Positions 1-9,585 of a DNA stretch of 64,000 nucleotides are shown here, piece after piece. This DNA comes from a virus. Position numbers and translations under genes: made by a program. The DNA is taken from positions 96,001 to 160,000 of IMG/VR virus record IMGVR_UViG_3300001533_002283. One strand, 5' to 3'. Every line of letters starts with the position of its first letter. Position 1 is the stretch's first letter. Below the pieces are notes generated by a model. The model saw nothing but the letters and a program-made list of their open reading frames with translations. It was not told the DNA's origin and did no database searches.

Positions 1-228
1 CTCTTCTAAGGTTTTAATAAAACGATTTCCGCATCTTGGACACCCCTGCTCTTGGTAGATATGACCCGCCATAGCTTGTTCAAATTTTCCGTGAACCGAA
101 CAAATTATAGTGGTTTTGTCATGTAATCTATATATGGGATGAGCTAAGGAGTAATCATATTTTTCTCCATGAATCTCCTTGGCTTTGCCAATATAATATT
201 CAGATTTTTCTACTTTCGGAGTCGGCAT
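1..228 (-). CDS. Partial gene running off the window edge; zinc-ribbon repeat protein of the kind found at the N-terminus of putative homing endonucleases (DUF723-like)
   Basis: Not in the ORF track. Manual translation from the ATG at 228: MPTPKVEKSEYYIGKAKEIHGEKYDYSLAH...IICSVHGKFEQ...HIYQEQGCPRCG. This matches the HG-KYDYS / C-x2-HG-F-Q / GCP-C repeat pattern. It starts 3 nt after the nrdJ stop. Confidence 0.7.
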   Translation of the reverse strand, partial: MPTPKVEKSEYYIGKAKEIHGEKYDYSLAHPIYRLHDKTTIICSVHGKFEQAMAGHIYQEQGCPRCGNRFIKTLEE

Positions 229-231
229 ATT

Positions 232-2805
232 TTACCCACACTTTGATGTTCCGCAGTCATTACAAACGATGCATCCTTCAGCACGGCTCAGATTATGACT
301 TCCACAGTTTGAGCAAGTTTCCCCATGAACAACGGTCCCATCCTTGATACATTTTTTAAGAACTCGACTTAGGGACCGAGCGAAACAAGTCATATCTCCC
401 TCCGTTTTCTCTAATTGATGAACAATAAAAGAAATATCCGCACCGTGTCTAAGAGCGGTCGAAATCATACGGGTGAGAGCGTCCGCATTAGAATCGGAAT
501 GCCCGTTGGTTAGATTATATTTATCTTCTCCGTTAACTAGAGAATAATTGCCACGAGAATTCTTGGTTATTTTGCCTGATGTTATAGACTTAGGAATAAA
601 AACAACTCCATCCGGGTTTTCGTTGGTGCCGGTAAATACCTCGTAAGGCTCACCATCCATTAGCCCCACGATTCCATAGTATTTTACTCCTTTAGAAGTT
701 AAATGTTCAACCTTGCAGTCAAGTTCCTTGGGTCGCTTGGGGGCGGTTGTTTTCTTAATTGATGCGACCACCTCTTCTTTCTTTTCTTCCTTTGAAGATA
801 AAACGGTTGTCATTGTGCCAGCCCGATAAGTAGTAATTCCTTTTAGATAACCTGTTTTATAGGCATCTAGATAAAGGTTTTCAAATGAATCATAAGGATA
901 ATCAGCGGGGCAATTAACCGTTTTGCTCATTGAAGAGTCAATCCATTTACCCCAGCCAGCCATATCCACAACATGTTCTTCCACCTTTAAAGAAAGAGCA
1001 GTTTTAGCCCACTCGGCGGACTGATTCCATTCGTTGCGCTCTTTGAGAAATCTAACCCCATAATCAATACACGGAACTTCCTTGGTTAATCCGCGATTGC
1101 GATCTATTTTATAAATAATCCCGTTATATTCCGCACGAAGAACATCATCAGACCCCTCCTTTGTCATTTTAAACAAGGCGGTTTCTTTGAATTCTCCCTC
1201 CCAATATTTAGGAACTAGTGGTTTTAAATTATCGGGACAAATTGGGACAATGACAGTTCTGATGTATTCTGGCATGAAGATAGGCTCTAGTCCGCCAGAG
1301 CAAATGTTGGCCAGAATGGAGGTATTACCCGTAGGCTGAATAGAAAAAAGGGCAGAATTTCTAATTCCATAGGTTTTAATTTCAGAAATCAAATCACTTG
1401 GCAACCCAATCTGTTTAAAATAATAAGAATCGGCGTGTTTTTCGGGGTCACAATCTTTGAACATCCCTTTTTCTTTAGCGAGATTAATCGACGTTTTGAT
1501 TGCGGTTTCCGTGAAAACTTTCATCAAGTCAGCCTTAATCACCTCTGCCTTTTCAGAAGCAAAGGGAATTTTCATCATGTATAGGGCCGAACCCCAGCCC
1601 ATAACACCAATTCCGATACGCCGACGATTACGAATGGATTCGGAGTATTGTTCTAGAGGGGCGTTGGTATAATCATTAACGTTATCCAAGAAACGAACCG
1701 CATAAGACACGTATTTTTTTACCTTCTCATAATCAAAGTTCGTATAATCTCCATTTAAAAGTTGGGTAAGATTAATTGAAGAAAGGTTACATACACTTGC
1801 GAAGGGCAGCATTTGCTCGCCGCAGGGGTTGCTGGCATGAATCTTGCTCTTTTGTCCTGCATAATTCCAACAGTGTGTTTTGTTGGCCTTGTCCAAAAAC
1901 AAAATTCCGGGGTCATTTCTAGTGTAAGTGGAGGACATTAGTTTGTCCCACAAGCCAAGCAAAGAAACTGTTTTATGAACAACGACGGAATAGCCCCTGC
2001 TCTTCCAGTATTCAATATCTCCATCCCACTCCTCTTTATACTTCGGGTGCTTTGTGTCAGGAAAAACTAATTCCCACCCATCATTATTTTTAACAAATTC
2101 ACTATCTCCGCTCTTTTTAGCCTCTTTTAAAGCAAGAACTCTATCCATAAACTCATCTGAAACGCCAACAGAAATATTGAACTTTGCTAGACGGCCCTCG
2201 GTAAGTTTAGCGTCAATAAACTCTTCTACGTCCGGATGCCAACACCACAAGACACCCATCATTGCGCCCTTTCGAATTTTCCCTTTCGCTTTTGAGTTTT
2301 TTGATTTAACGCCGGAACCAGAGGTGATAATTTCCGAGGACTTATCAAAAAGTTCCATATATTTTACTGCGCCGGGGGTTTCTACGCCGATACCATGAAT
2401 AAAAGAACCACGAGGACGAATAAAGGAAAAATTCATGCCCCATCCACCCTCTGATTTAAGGGTCTTTGCTTGATATAAAAGAGTTTCGATAATACCCTCT
2501 AAAGAATCTTGATCGTAAGTTGATTTCGGACCAACGAAACAATTCATTAGAGTAGTTCCTTGCCATTCAGCCCCAGCATTAGAATAAATGCGCCCACCAC
2601 AAGTTACTCTAAAATCATAAAGCGTTTCATAAAACTTTTCAGACCACTCTTTTTTAAGCTCTTCTGTTTTTTCCACGGAAGCCACGGCGTTTGCCACTCT
2701 ACGAAAAGTATCGTCAACCGATTGGTCCTTATGGTCTTTGTAAGTGCTTTTCCACACTTCTTCAGAAAACTCATCCTTAAAAATCTCAGCGTTTGTTTTG
2801 CTCAT
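232..2805 (-). CDS. nrdJ: Class II (adenosylcobalamin-dependent) ribonucleotide reductase with C-terminal TSCPD-like domain and Zn ribbon
   Basis: GGRI, NCFV, GGWGMNFS, NPCGEQ, CNLSSINL, RRIGIGVMG, IQPTG, SMSKTVN and KGITTYR motifs; C-terminal CSNC...CNDC..KCG; no ATP cone. Confidence 0.93.
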   Translation of the reverse strand: MSKTNAEIFKDEFSEEVWKSTYKDHKDQSVDDTFRRVANAVASVEKTEELKKEWSEKFYETLYDFRVTCGGRIYSNAGAEWQGTTLMNCFVGPKSTYDQDSLEGIIETLLYQAKTLKSEGGWGMNFSFIRPRGSFIHGIGVETPGAVKYMELFDKSSEIITSGSGVKSKNSKAKGKIRKGAMMGVLWCWHPDVEEFIDAKLTEGRLAKFNISVGVSDEFMDRVLALKEAKKSGDSEFVKNNDGWELVFPDTKHPKYKEEWDGDIEYWKSRGYSVVVHKTVSLLGLWDKLMSSTYTRNDPGILFLDKANKTHCWNYAGQKSKIHASNPCGEQMLPFASVCNLSSINLTQLLNGDYTNFDYEKVKKYVSYAVRFLDNVNDYTNAPLEQYSESIRNRRRIGIGVMGWGSALYMMKIPFASEKAEVIKADLMKVFTETAIKTSINLAKEKGMFKDCDPEKHADSYYFKQIGLPSDLISEIKTYGIRNSALFSIQPTGNTSILANICSGGLEPIFMPEYIRTVIVPICPDNLKPLVPKYWEGEFKETALFKMTKEGSDDVLRAEYNGIIYKIDRNRGLTKEVPCIDYGVRFLKERNEWNQSAEWAKTALSLKVEEHVVDMAGWGKWIDSSMSKTVNCPADYPYDSFENLYLDAYKTGYLKGITTYRAGTMTTVLSSKEEKKEEVVASIKKTTAPKRPKELDCKVEHLTSKGVKYYGIVGLMDGEPYEVFTGTNENPDGVVFIPKSITSGKITKNSRGNYSLVNGEDKYNLTNGHSDSNADALTRMISTALRHGADISFIVHQLEKTEGDMTCFARSLSRVLKKCIKDGTVVHGETCSNCGSHNLSRAEGCIVCNDCGTSKCG

Positions 2806-2945
2806 AATAATATATTAAAAATAGGTATAATTTGTTATCTAACTTAGGGTCTCTATTTACAGGTATTAACCCGCCGAGTCAAGAAAAAGTTGGGAAAAGT
2901 TTGTGTGATTTCACAATTCGTAAAGTGTTCAACCGTAATAAATTA

Positions 2946-2980
2946 AAAACCCGCCGAGGCTAAACCTCTAGCGGGGTGGG
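2946..2980 (-). terminator. Probable intrinsic terminator after the 3002-3421 gene
   Basis: Hairpin cccgc-cgagg/cctc-ta-gcggg, with an A-tract on the plus strand that reads as a U-tract on the minus strand. Confidence 0.55.
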
Positions 2981-3001
2981 AATTGTATAAACGACTTTTA
3001 A

Positions 3002-3421
3002 TTAAAACCCAATAATTCTAAAAAAGAAGCCTCTTGACTCTTCGTTGGCTAACACCTTAATCGCCCCGAAAACAAATAAAAATAAAGCGCCCAAAACATA
3101 ACGGTTAAAAAGATATTTTTGTGCAAAGACTTTTATAGAAACTATTTGTTTTAATTCTTTATTGGTGTCTTTATCTAAAGGGTTCATCTCCTCTAATTTA
3201 TTTACCCTGCCATTGGTTTTAAAAGTTTGATTCTCAATGCTTTCCAATTTTTCGCTTTGTTTTACGGTTTCATCAATAAGCCAATTGCTTGTTTGAGAAA
3301 TAACGTTAAGATGCTCCAAGATATATCTATCCTTATCGGATGCATCTTTTAACAAGTATTCTGGCAAATTTGATTGAAATGAAGGTTTTTTTAAAGACAT
3401 GACTAAAGTTGTGGAAAGCAT
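3002..3421 (-). CDS. Hypothetical membrane protein (coiled coil plus C-terminal transmembrane helix; possibly holin/XhlA-like)
   Basis: KTNGRVNKLE coiled coil and hydrophobic YVLGALFLFVFGAI. The start is uncertain (3454, 3421 or 3400). Confidence 0.5.
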   Translation of the reverse strand: MLSTTLVMSLKKPSFQSNLPEYLLKDASDKDRYILEHLNVISQTSNWLIDETVKQSEKLESIENQTFKTNGRVNKLEEMNPLDKDTNKELKQIVSIKVFAQKYLFNRYVLGALFLFVFGAIKVLANEESRGFFFRIIGF

Positions 3422-3440
3422 GGTAGGGTGGGGAGCGACA

Positions 3441-4184
3441 TTATTCCGTAACAATTTCCGTAACGGCTGCCAAATCGGGATTCATGGCAATCATTTCTTC
3501 TGCCGTTATTTTTGAAACAGGTTTAGACGACCACATCCGGCACGACCAATAACGCGCTTTCCATTTTGGTCCGGGATTATCGCAATTATGTCTAGCTCTA
3601 AAAGATTTTCTGCGTTCTGGATTATCCCTCTTAATACTCATGTTAGGGTCTCCAAAATTAACCTTAACAACATTACCCTTGTCATTTTTTACATAAACGG
3701 AAAATTTCTTAGGTCCGTTAGGGGTTCTAAAAGGTTTATTGAGAGTCTTTTTTTCTTTTTCAGCGTAAGCGGCATACCCCTCTTCAATATCCTCAATATC
3801 ATCTAAAAAGTCTTCTATTGACTCATAATCAGAAACGTTCTCTTGAAAATAAGCATAAACCGACTTCATTTCCTCGTCCTCGCACTCCTCTTTCGCCGCT
3901 TCCTCCACATCTACTTCCTCCACCTCAAATAACTCCGGCCATTTTTCCGCTTTGGTGGCCAACCAATCTTTCATTGCAACGGCGAACCCCACCGCTTCCT
4001 CAATTTTCTTCTTGCCCGGTTTTTCGCCCTCATAGGAAACCCGCCCACCACGCTTTTTGTAAGTCCTTAATACCCAAAGGTTTTTGGTATAAGCATTTTT
4101 ATCACCAAATTTTTCATCAGCTTCTTTACGGACTTTTTGAAGCAAATCTTTAGAGTGGTAAATTACCTTGGCGATTGATTTCAT
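3441..4184 (-). CDS. Conserved phage protein with two small basic modules joined by an acidic linker (possible internal head protein)
   Basis: N-module ADEKF...WVLRTYKKRGG; C-module FGDPNM...RRKSFRARHNC...KARYWSCRMW; preceded by both the CTGTAA and TAACAC motifs. Confidence 0.65.
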   Translation of the reverse strand: MKSIAKVIYHSKDLLQKVRKEADEKFGDKNAYTKNLWVLRTYKKRGGRVSYEGEKPGKKKIEEAVGFAVAMKDWLATKAEKWPELFEVEEVDVEEAAKEECEDEEMKSVYAYFQENVSDYESIEDFLDDIEDIEEGYAAYAEKEKKTLNKPFRTPNGPKKFSVYVKNDKGNVVKVNFGDPNMSIKRDNPERRKSFRARHNCDNPGPKWKARYWSCRMWSSKPVSKITAEEMIAMNPDLAAVTEIVTE

Positions 4185-4259
4185 AGAGTGTTATAAGAAA
4201 ACTAAATTACGTGATAAGTATTACAGAAAATTTAAGGGGAATAGAAAAGGGATTTTTAC

Positions 4260-5039
4260 TTAATCCGATAAAACTTCTGGGATAGGTTTTCCAACCATAT
4301 TATAATAATCAGGATTAAATTCCAATTTATTTTCCGCTTCGTTCCATCTAAACGAACAATATTGCTGTCCCCACCGTTGAGCCTGATATCTTTGCTTAAG
4401 TTTCCCCCTCTCATCGGAAGGCCAAGTGTGGTGCGCCACGAGGCTTATTGTGGGTGGAATATTTCTATTGGAAAACTCTTTAAAGTCTTTTTGTTCACCG
4501 GTAACTTTGTGTTCGTAATATGGCTCGTTATCATGATAGAAGAAACCCATTTTATATACACCAGAGCTAACCCGAAAGGCGCGCGGCGGAGTGAACGGGG
4601 TGGCCAAATATTTATGATTGTCGAAAATATAATTCTTATAAGAGAAGCTGAACCAAGCAGTTAGGGAATCTCTGGCGATAAATCTGGCGATGTTGGAGAT
4701 GTTATCCAAGGTATAAAACTCATCGCTGTCCGCTAGGAAAACCCAATCACACCCTTGTTCCAATAAATAAAACAATGCCTTATTCCGCGCTTCCGCTTCT
4801 GATACAAATTTTGGCTCAGTTACCAGATAATCCAACGGTAACGTCTTCAAATATTCCGTCGCACATTCGTCATTCGCGAACTCTGTATCCTTATATTCCT
4901 TAAAGGGAACTGAAACCGCCGAGATAATCCAAGTGTTACCACCAGTTTTCTGTTCACGGGCTTTTAGCCAAACGGGAATGCTTTCTTTAACATATTCAAT
5001 ATTGCCGAAACCACAGTAGATCAATCCAATTTTAGCCAT
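4260..5039 (-). CDS. Glycosyltransferase, GT-A fold (GT2-like)
   Basis: SEAEARNKAL...DWVFLADSDEFY (DxD motif). Confidence 0.8.
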   Translation of the reverse strand: MAKIGLIYCGFGNIEYVKESIPVWLKAREQKTGGNTWIISAVSVPFKEYKDTEFANDECATEYLKTLPLDYLVTEPKFVSEAEARNKALFYLLEQGCDWVFLADSDEFYTLDNISNIARFIARDSLTAWFSFSYKNYIFDNHKYLATPFTPPRAFRVSSGVYKMGFFYHDNEPYYEHKVTGEQKDFKEFSNRNIPPTISLVAHHTWPSDERGKLKQRYQAQRWGQQYCSFRWNEAENKLEFNPDYYNMVGKPIPEVLSD

Positions 5040-5065
5040 AATAATTTAGAGTAAAAGTTTTTACC

Positions 5066-5977
5066 TTACAATTTCTTCGCCCCACGTTCTTCCGCAAACC
5101 CCAACAACCAGAACATCTTATGTAATTCGCAAATCATGGAAATGAAGTTTGGCGCGGCGGCATAACCAGCAGAGTTCCAAAGCAGAAGATTCTTCACCGG
5201 ATTAAGCGTCACCAACTCTCGATTCAACTCTTTGGGATTAACCCCTTCAAAAATCTCCTTCTTCTCCGTCCCCCAATAAAATTCGTTTAACACACTCATC
5301 ATTTCAAACTTGCTTACACTTCCGCTCGGCACGAGATGGTGACACCCCGCAGAGAATAAATCGTTTTTAATAACGCCTTTGATAATTTGAGCAAGGTGAT
5401 AAGTTGTTACCCCGTTCCATTCGGTGTTGGTCCACCCAATATGCTTATCCGCTTCAATAAAACGCTCAAGAAATGAGTTTTTGGTGAATCGCTCTGGGCC
5501 GAGAATAGAACAGCGCAAATTCATCACGTTAGGAGAGATCACCTCCCCTAAGTGCTTACTCTTTGCGTAGTAATCACGAGAGCGATCAGCCGACATTTCA
5601 TCATTTTGGGGGAGTTTACTTTCGTCAAAAACGCAATCGGTTGTCAAGTGAATAATCTTAGACTCTTTGCAATTTTTGGCCAACTCAATAGGGAAAAGGG
5701 TGTTTAGTCTAACATATTCTTCGGGCGTGGGTTTTGCATTAGGAATCGCCCCGATGCAGTTAACGATGTAATCATAATTCTTGGCGAAAAACGGAGTGTC
5801 TTTAATCGCATCGAATTTATACACGTCGTAGCCTTTCCCTCGGAATAACTCTTCGCGGGAACGAGTGGTGACTCCAAGGTGGAGTGAATCATCCGCGCCT
5901 AACACCTTTTCTATCATACTCCCGGCCATGCCTGTTGCGCCGAGGATTAAAACTTTAGTTTTTTGATTGTTTGTCAT
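5066..5977 (-). CDS. rmlD: NDP-4-keto-6-deoxyhexose reductase (dTDP-4-dehydrorhamnose reductase-like SDR)
   Basis: VLILGATGMAG Rossmann motif, IVNCIG, IHLTTDCVF, YAKSKHLGE (YxxxK), WNGVTT, VSKFEM. Confidence 0.85.
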   Translation of the reverse strand: MTNNQKTKVLILGATGMAGSMIEKVLGADDSLHLGVTTRSREELFRGKGYDVYKFDAIKDTPFFAKNYDYIVNCIGAIPNAKPTPEEYVRLNTLFPIELAKNCKESKIIHLTTDCVFDESKLPQNDEMSADRSRDYYAKSKHLGEVISPNVMNLRCSILGPERFTKNSFLERFIEADKHIGWTNTEWNGVTTYHLAQIIKGVIKNDLFSAGCHHLVPSGSVSKFEMMSVLNEFYWGTEKKEIFEGVNPKELNRELVTLNPVKNLLLWNSAGYAAAPNFISMICELHKMFWLLGFAEERGAKKL

Positions 5978-5979
5978 TT

Positions 5980-6420
5980 TTAATTTAAAAGATTTTTATT
6001 TTCGAAATTATTTCCAACAACTTCATAGCTAAATACACTTCCGTTTTTGGGGCAGAACTCCCATTCTGAAACTGGGTAATAATTGTATTTAATAAAAGTC
6101 TCTTTATTTTCGTTAACACCGATTTCTGTTTTATATCTAGCGATAACTCCATTTCCTAGATGATAACATACTTCACAAAAGCAATTTCCCCTGCTTCCAG
6201 AAAAAACAAGAATATCTCCGATAAAAACTTTTTTGTTGTTTTTGTCAATACAATTCGTGGATGGTTGAACGACAAATCGACGATCTTTGTTTTTAATCGG
6301 TAAAAAATATCTACCATCAGACTCAAGAATGTTTCCCTCAACGTCCAACGCCAACTCATTATCATATCGTTTAGTCTGAGTATCCCATATTCTAAAAAAT
6401 TTTTGATATTGATTTGTCAT
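5980..6420 (-). CDS. YopX family protein
   Basis: FRIWD...QPSTNCIDKNNKKVFIGDIL...EVVGNNFENKNLL. Confidence 0.85.
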   Translation of the reverse strand: MTNQYQKFFRIWDTQTKRYDNELALDVEGNILESDGRYFLPIKNKDRRFVVQPSTNCIDKNNKKVFIGDILVFSGSRGNCFCEVCYHLGNGVIARYKTEIGVNENKETFIKYNYYPVSEWEFCPKNGSVFSYEVVGNNFENKNLLN

Positions 6421-7295
6421 AATTTATTGTTAGTTTTTTCTAAAATTTTGGCTAGAACTTGATCTTGAGGGATGTTGTCGGTGCCGTGAAAAGAATAAAA
6501 AGAAAAGTTATTTGGATTATCGACAGATAGCGCAGAGGGATTGTTTTCATTACCCCAATGAATAGGAATAAGAGAAATTTGTGGAATAGAATACGCGCCG
6601 AGAACCAAGGCCGAACCAGAATCCGTTCCAATAACTAAATCACATTCCAAAGCCTCTTTAATCTGGTCGAAAAACGGAAGAGAATTTAAACGTAATACAG
6701 ATTGGTTTTTACCCCCAAATAATTCCCAATCTTTTTCGCCGCCAAATTGATAAATAAAATAACCACGAGCAATTAATGGTTCTAATAAAGACTCCCAATA
6801 GTGTAAACTTGGGTTACGAACGTTTTGTGCAGAGTATCCCGCCTGAATAAATGCCCCTATAATCTTCTTGGAGAAGTCTTTACGAGTTGAGGGCCAATAT
6901 TTTTTAAGTTGCGGACGACGCTCTTCCTCTGTCAATTTTTCCCACATGTCCATACTTAAACTAGCCATCCGCCACGTCTCAGAATATATCGAAAAGTGTC
7001 GCGGATAAAGATCATCCGGATGTTGGGGATTTATTTCCATGATATAGCTTGCTGAACGCATTTTCTCATAATCGCGTTTAGACTCAATCCCTTCCTTCCC
7101 ATCCGTGATATAAATCTCGTCAATCCATTCGCAATTGTAATAGATTGGGGCGATTTGCCTAACCTTATTTGCTGTTGGCCAAATCAGGTGTGATGATGGG
7201 AATAATTTCTTGAAATGACGGGCAATCGGTAGGGCTGCTACCTGATCTCCAATCATTTGCGCTCGGCCAATCCACAGAACGGGGCTTTCTTTCAT
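6417..7295 (-). CDS. Glycosyltransferase family 9 (heptosyltransferase-like, GT-B)
   Basis: MIGDQVAALP...LKKLFP; CDLVIGTDSGSALVLGAYSIPQISL. Confidence 0.85.
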   Translation of the reverse strand: MKESPVLWIGRAQMIGDQVAALPIARHFKKLFPSSHLIWPTANKVRQIAPIYYNCEWIDEIYITDGKEGIESKRDYEKMRSASYIMEINPQHPDDLYPRHFSIYSETWRMASLSMDMWEKLTEEERRPQLKKYWPSTRKDFSKKIIGAFIQAGYSAQNVRNPSLHYWESLLEPLIARGYFIYQFGGEKDWELFGGKNQSVLRLNSLPFFDQIKEALECDLVIGTDSGSALVLGAYSIPQISLIPIHWGNENNPSALSVDNPNNFSFYSFHGTDNIPQDQVLAKILEKTNNKL

Positions 7296-7382
7296 AGGTT
7301 TTTGTTTTTATTGTAAGCTCTCTGTTGTCCTTATCAAATACTTGGAGTAAGAAAAATCCATTTGAGTGTCTTTCTCCGCGCG

Positions 7383-8279
7383 TTACGAGACGTGATATAT
7401 ATTGTTTCTTGAGCAGAAGAGCTTGACTTCTTCTAATCCTTTTATATCAAAAATTTTATTTTCTTTTTTAAAAATTATCCTAGAATAAACATAATTTTTA
7501 TTTTTGGGTTTTATTTTTCTAGGGTTTAAAACCGTGAAGCCTCGATGGGATACCATCTTTTCTTTGAATAAGCATCCTACCGCTCCAGTGCTCAAGTCGT
7601 GCTCTCTACAAAATGCGGCTATGTTATCTACTTCATAAACTACATCGTCTTTTTTTAGAAATCTTGTTTTTGTTTTTCTATTCCTAGCCTTCATGTTGGC
7701 ATCTTTCAAATGAAATCCTTTTATTGACTTCATCTTATCAGCCAAAACCATAGATACTGCACTCCTGTATCTTTGCGGCCAGCCCATCTCCTCCACGAAC
7801 CCAGCTATCGAATTAAACTTATACTCAATCCCATCCTTATACAAGGAATAATCACCCAAAAACCTAGCCCTTTGTGATTTTCGCGCCCTTTCTCTAGTCT
7901 GTTCAGATAAAATCCGATTAGTCTTCCCTCCTCCGTTTAAGTTATATCCATTTGGACTTATGGTTTTATATTTTTCTATATAAAATTCCTCTAAAACATC
8001 AAGATCCTCTTTATTTTTAGAGTGTTCTAAAAGATAAATATAAAAGCTAGATTTTCCGTATTTTTTAACGGCTCTATAAAGCCTTGGGGCATCATGTTTA
8101 TTTGGCTTGAATCCTTTGTATCTTTTAGAGAAAGTTTTTGCCGTTTGACCTATATACATCATTCCATTTAGGCGATTCAAAATCAAATAAATGATATTCA
8201 ATTTGGTTTTAATATCCTCTTCGGAAGCAGAAATTAAATCTTTAATGCTCTCTGGAATTATGTCTATCGCCCTCTCCAT
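7383..8279 (-). CDS. GIY-YIG homing endonuclease with C-terminal NUMOD1-like repeats
   Basis: IIYLILNRLNGMMYIGQT...LYRAVKKYG...E.FYIEKY...PNGYN; repeated F.SIAGF...KGF and NIAAFCREH...RGF units. Likely start at MERAID. Confidence 0.85.
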   Translation of the reverse strand: MERAIDIIPESIKDLISASEEDIKTKLNIIYLILNRLNGMMYIGQTAKTFSKRYKGFKPNKHDAPRLYRAVKKYGKSSFYIYLLEHSKNKEDLDVLEEFYIEKYKTISPNGYNLNGGGKTNRILSEQTRERARKSQRARFLGDYSLYKDGIEYKFNSIAGFVEEMGWPQRYRSAVSMVLADKMKSIKGFHLKDANMKARNRKTKTRFLKKDDVVYEVDNIAAFCREHDLSTGAVGCLFKEKMVSHRGFTVLNPRKIKPKNKNYVYSRIIFKKENKIFDIKGLEEVKLFCSRNNIYHVS

Positions 8280-8281
8280 AT

Positions 8282-8818
8282 TTATACCCGAATAAATTTC
8301 TCCCCTGCCTTTACACCCCAACCATATAAGGCCATCTTATGGCCATTAGAAAAACGAAACAACAATTTCTCTGGATACTTCTCATCAACTAAAACTCCCT
8401 TGGTGTGAAAATCATCCATGAGAACAATTTGAGTTTTTAAATCACACTTTTCAAATTGAAATAATGCCTCATGGGGGCAAACCCCACCATCCAGATAAAC
8501 AAAATCGTAGGAATTATTAACGTGATTCTCTCCTTTGTCGCAAATAAAAGCGGCATCAGCGGCAAAATTATTCACAAGTTCCCTGCACAAATCAAGAGAT
8601 TCCTGATTAATGTCTATAACGGTCAAGTGTCCACCGTTTTTCTCCACATAATTCGCCCAATGAAGAGTGCTCCAACCATCGCCCGCGCGCCCGTTCAAAT
8701 CGCGGAGACAGCCCACTTCGATAAAAGTTGCTGGTTCGCCCTTTAGGTAAGTCAGCGCGGTTTTAAATACTTCATCGCGGGCGGAAGTTTCTGTTTTTAG
8801 TTTAGTTTTAATATCCAT
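8282..8818 (-). CDS. Class I SAM-dependent methyltransferase (Methyltransf_24-like)
   Basis: FIEVGCLR...DGWST...TVIDIN...DFVYLDG...IVLMDD. The ATG at 8818 is preceded by TAACACTC. Confidence 0.75.
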   Translation of the reverse strand: MDIKTKLKTETSARDEVFKTALTYLKGEPATFIEVGCLRDLNGRAGDGWSTLHWANYVEKNGGHLTVIDINQESLDLCRELVNNFAADAAFICDKGENHVNNSYDFVYLDGGVCPHEALFQFEKCDLKTQIVLMDDFHTKGVLVDEKYPEKLLFRFSNGHKMALYGWGVKAGEKFIRV

Positions 8819-8823
8819 GAGTG

Positions 8824-8976
8824 TTACCAAAATTTAGAGATAAAATGAAAAGCTACATAGCCGATTGCACCAATAAGTCCTAGTCCACCGATAAAGGTGA
8901 CTGACCATGTGACGATTAAAAACTTCTCAAAAGAAGTATGTTTGCGAAGAGAGGGCGGGTTTGAGATAGAATCCAT
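8824..8976 (-). CDS. Small (50 aa) single-pass membrane protein
   Basis: Not in the ORF track. Manual translation MDSISNPPSLRKHTSFEKFLIVTWSVTFIGGLGLIGAIGYVAFHFISKFW; it fills the gap between neighbouring genes. Confidence 0.6.
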   Translation of the reverse strand: MDSISNPPSLRKHTSFEKFLIVTWSVTFIGGLGLIGAIGYVAFHFISKFW

Positions 8977-8988
8977 AGGTTTTATTTG

Positions 8989-9576
8989 TTAAAGTTTAAT
9001 GTCACCGCGAAGATACCAAGAGTCGGTAACATCCATGTTAATTAACCTATAGTTATTTTCCTTAAACCAGTCAACCAATTTCTCATAATCCGGCGTGCGA
9101 TATTCCTCATTGTGCGTTTCCACACTTACGAACATCGGGCGGCTCACCATACGGGAAATGATCTTATACTCACATCCTTCCGTATCAATCAGCGCCACGT
9201 CAATATCACCCGTATCAATCTCGGCCATATCCCTCACATTCATTCTCACCCGTGGTTTTGCCGCAACCCACCCCTTCCCCATCTTCTGAGTCCCCAAAAC
9301 GAATGTCGGGGCAGCAACCTCGGCGGAACAGGTGGAGTCACCATCTTCTAAGAACTCGATAGTGTCGTTCTTATCGTATAGTCCAAAATTGTTAATTTCA
9401 ACATTGGGGATACTACCATAATGGGCGACCAAATCAGAATAAGTTTTGGGGTTCACTTCAAATAGTTTTAGCCGAATAGGGGTGTTGAAATAAGGTTGAG
9501 AGCGGGAGATATAGGGGTTGCCCACTCCGATTTCCCAAATATTTTTGGGGTTAAGTTGTTGGATGATTTCTTGCAT
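8989..9576 (-). CDS. FkbM family methyltransferase
   Basis: WEIGVG, LFEVNP, INNFGL, IDVALIDTEGCEYKII, VSVETH. Confidence 0.85.
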   Translation of the reverse strand: MQEIIQQLNPKNIWEIGVGNPYISRSQPYFNTPIRLKLFEVNPKTYSDLVAHYGSIPNVEINNFGLYDKNDTIEFLEDGDSTCSAEVAAPTFVLGTQKMGKGWVAAKPRVRMNVRDMAEIDTGDIDVALIDTEGCEYKIISRMVSRPMFVSVETHNEEYRTPDYEKLVDWFKENNYRLINMDVTDSWYLRGDIKL

Positions 9577-9585
9577 AGTATTATA

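Noticed and set aside
232-2805. Intein or intron in nrdJ (terminase also checked)
   Set aside because: Motif spacing and lengths are normal, with no splice-junction or LAGLIDADG motifs.
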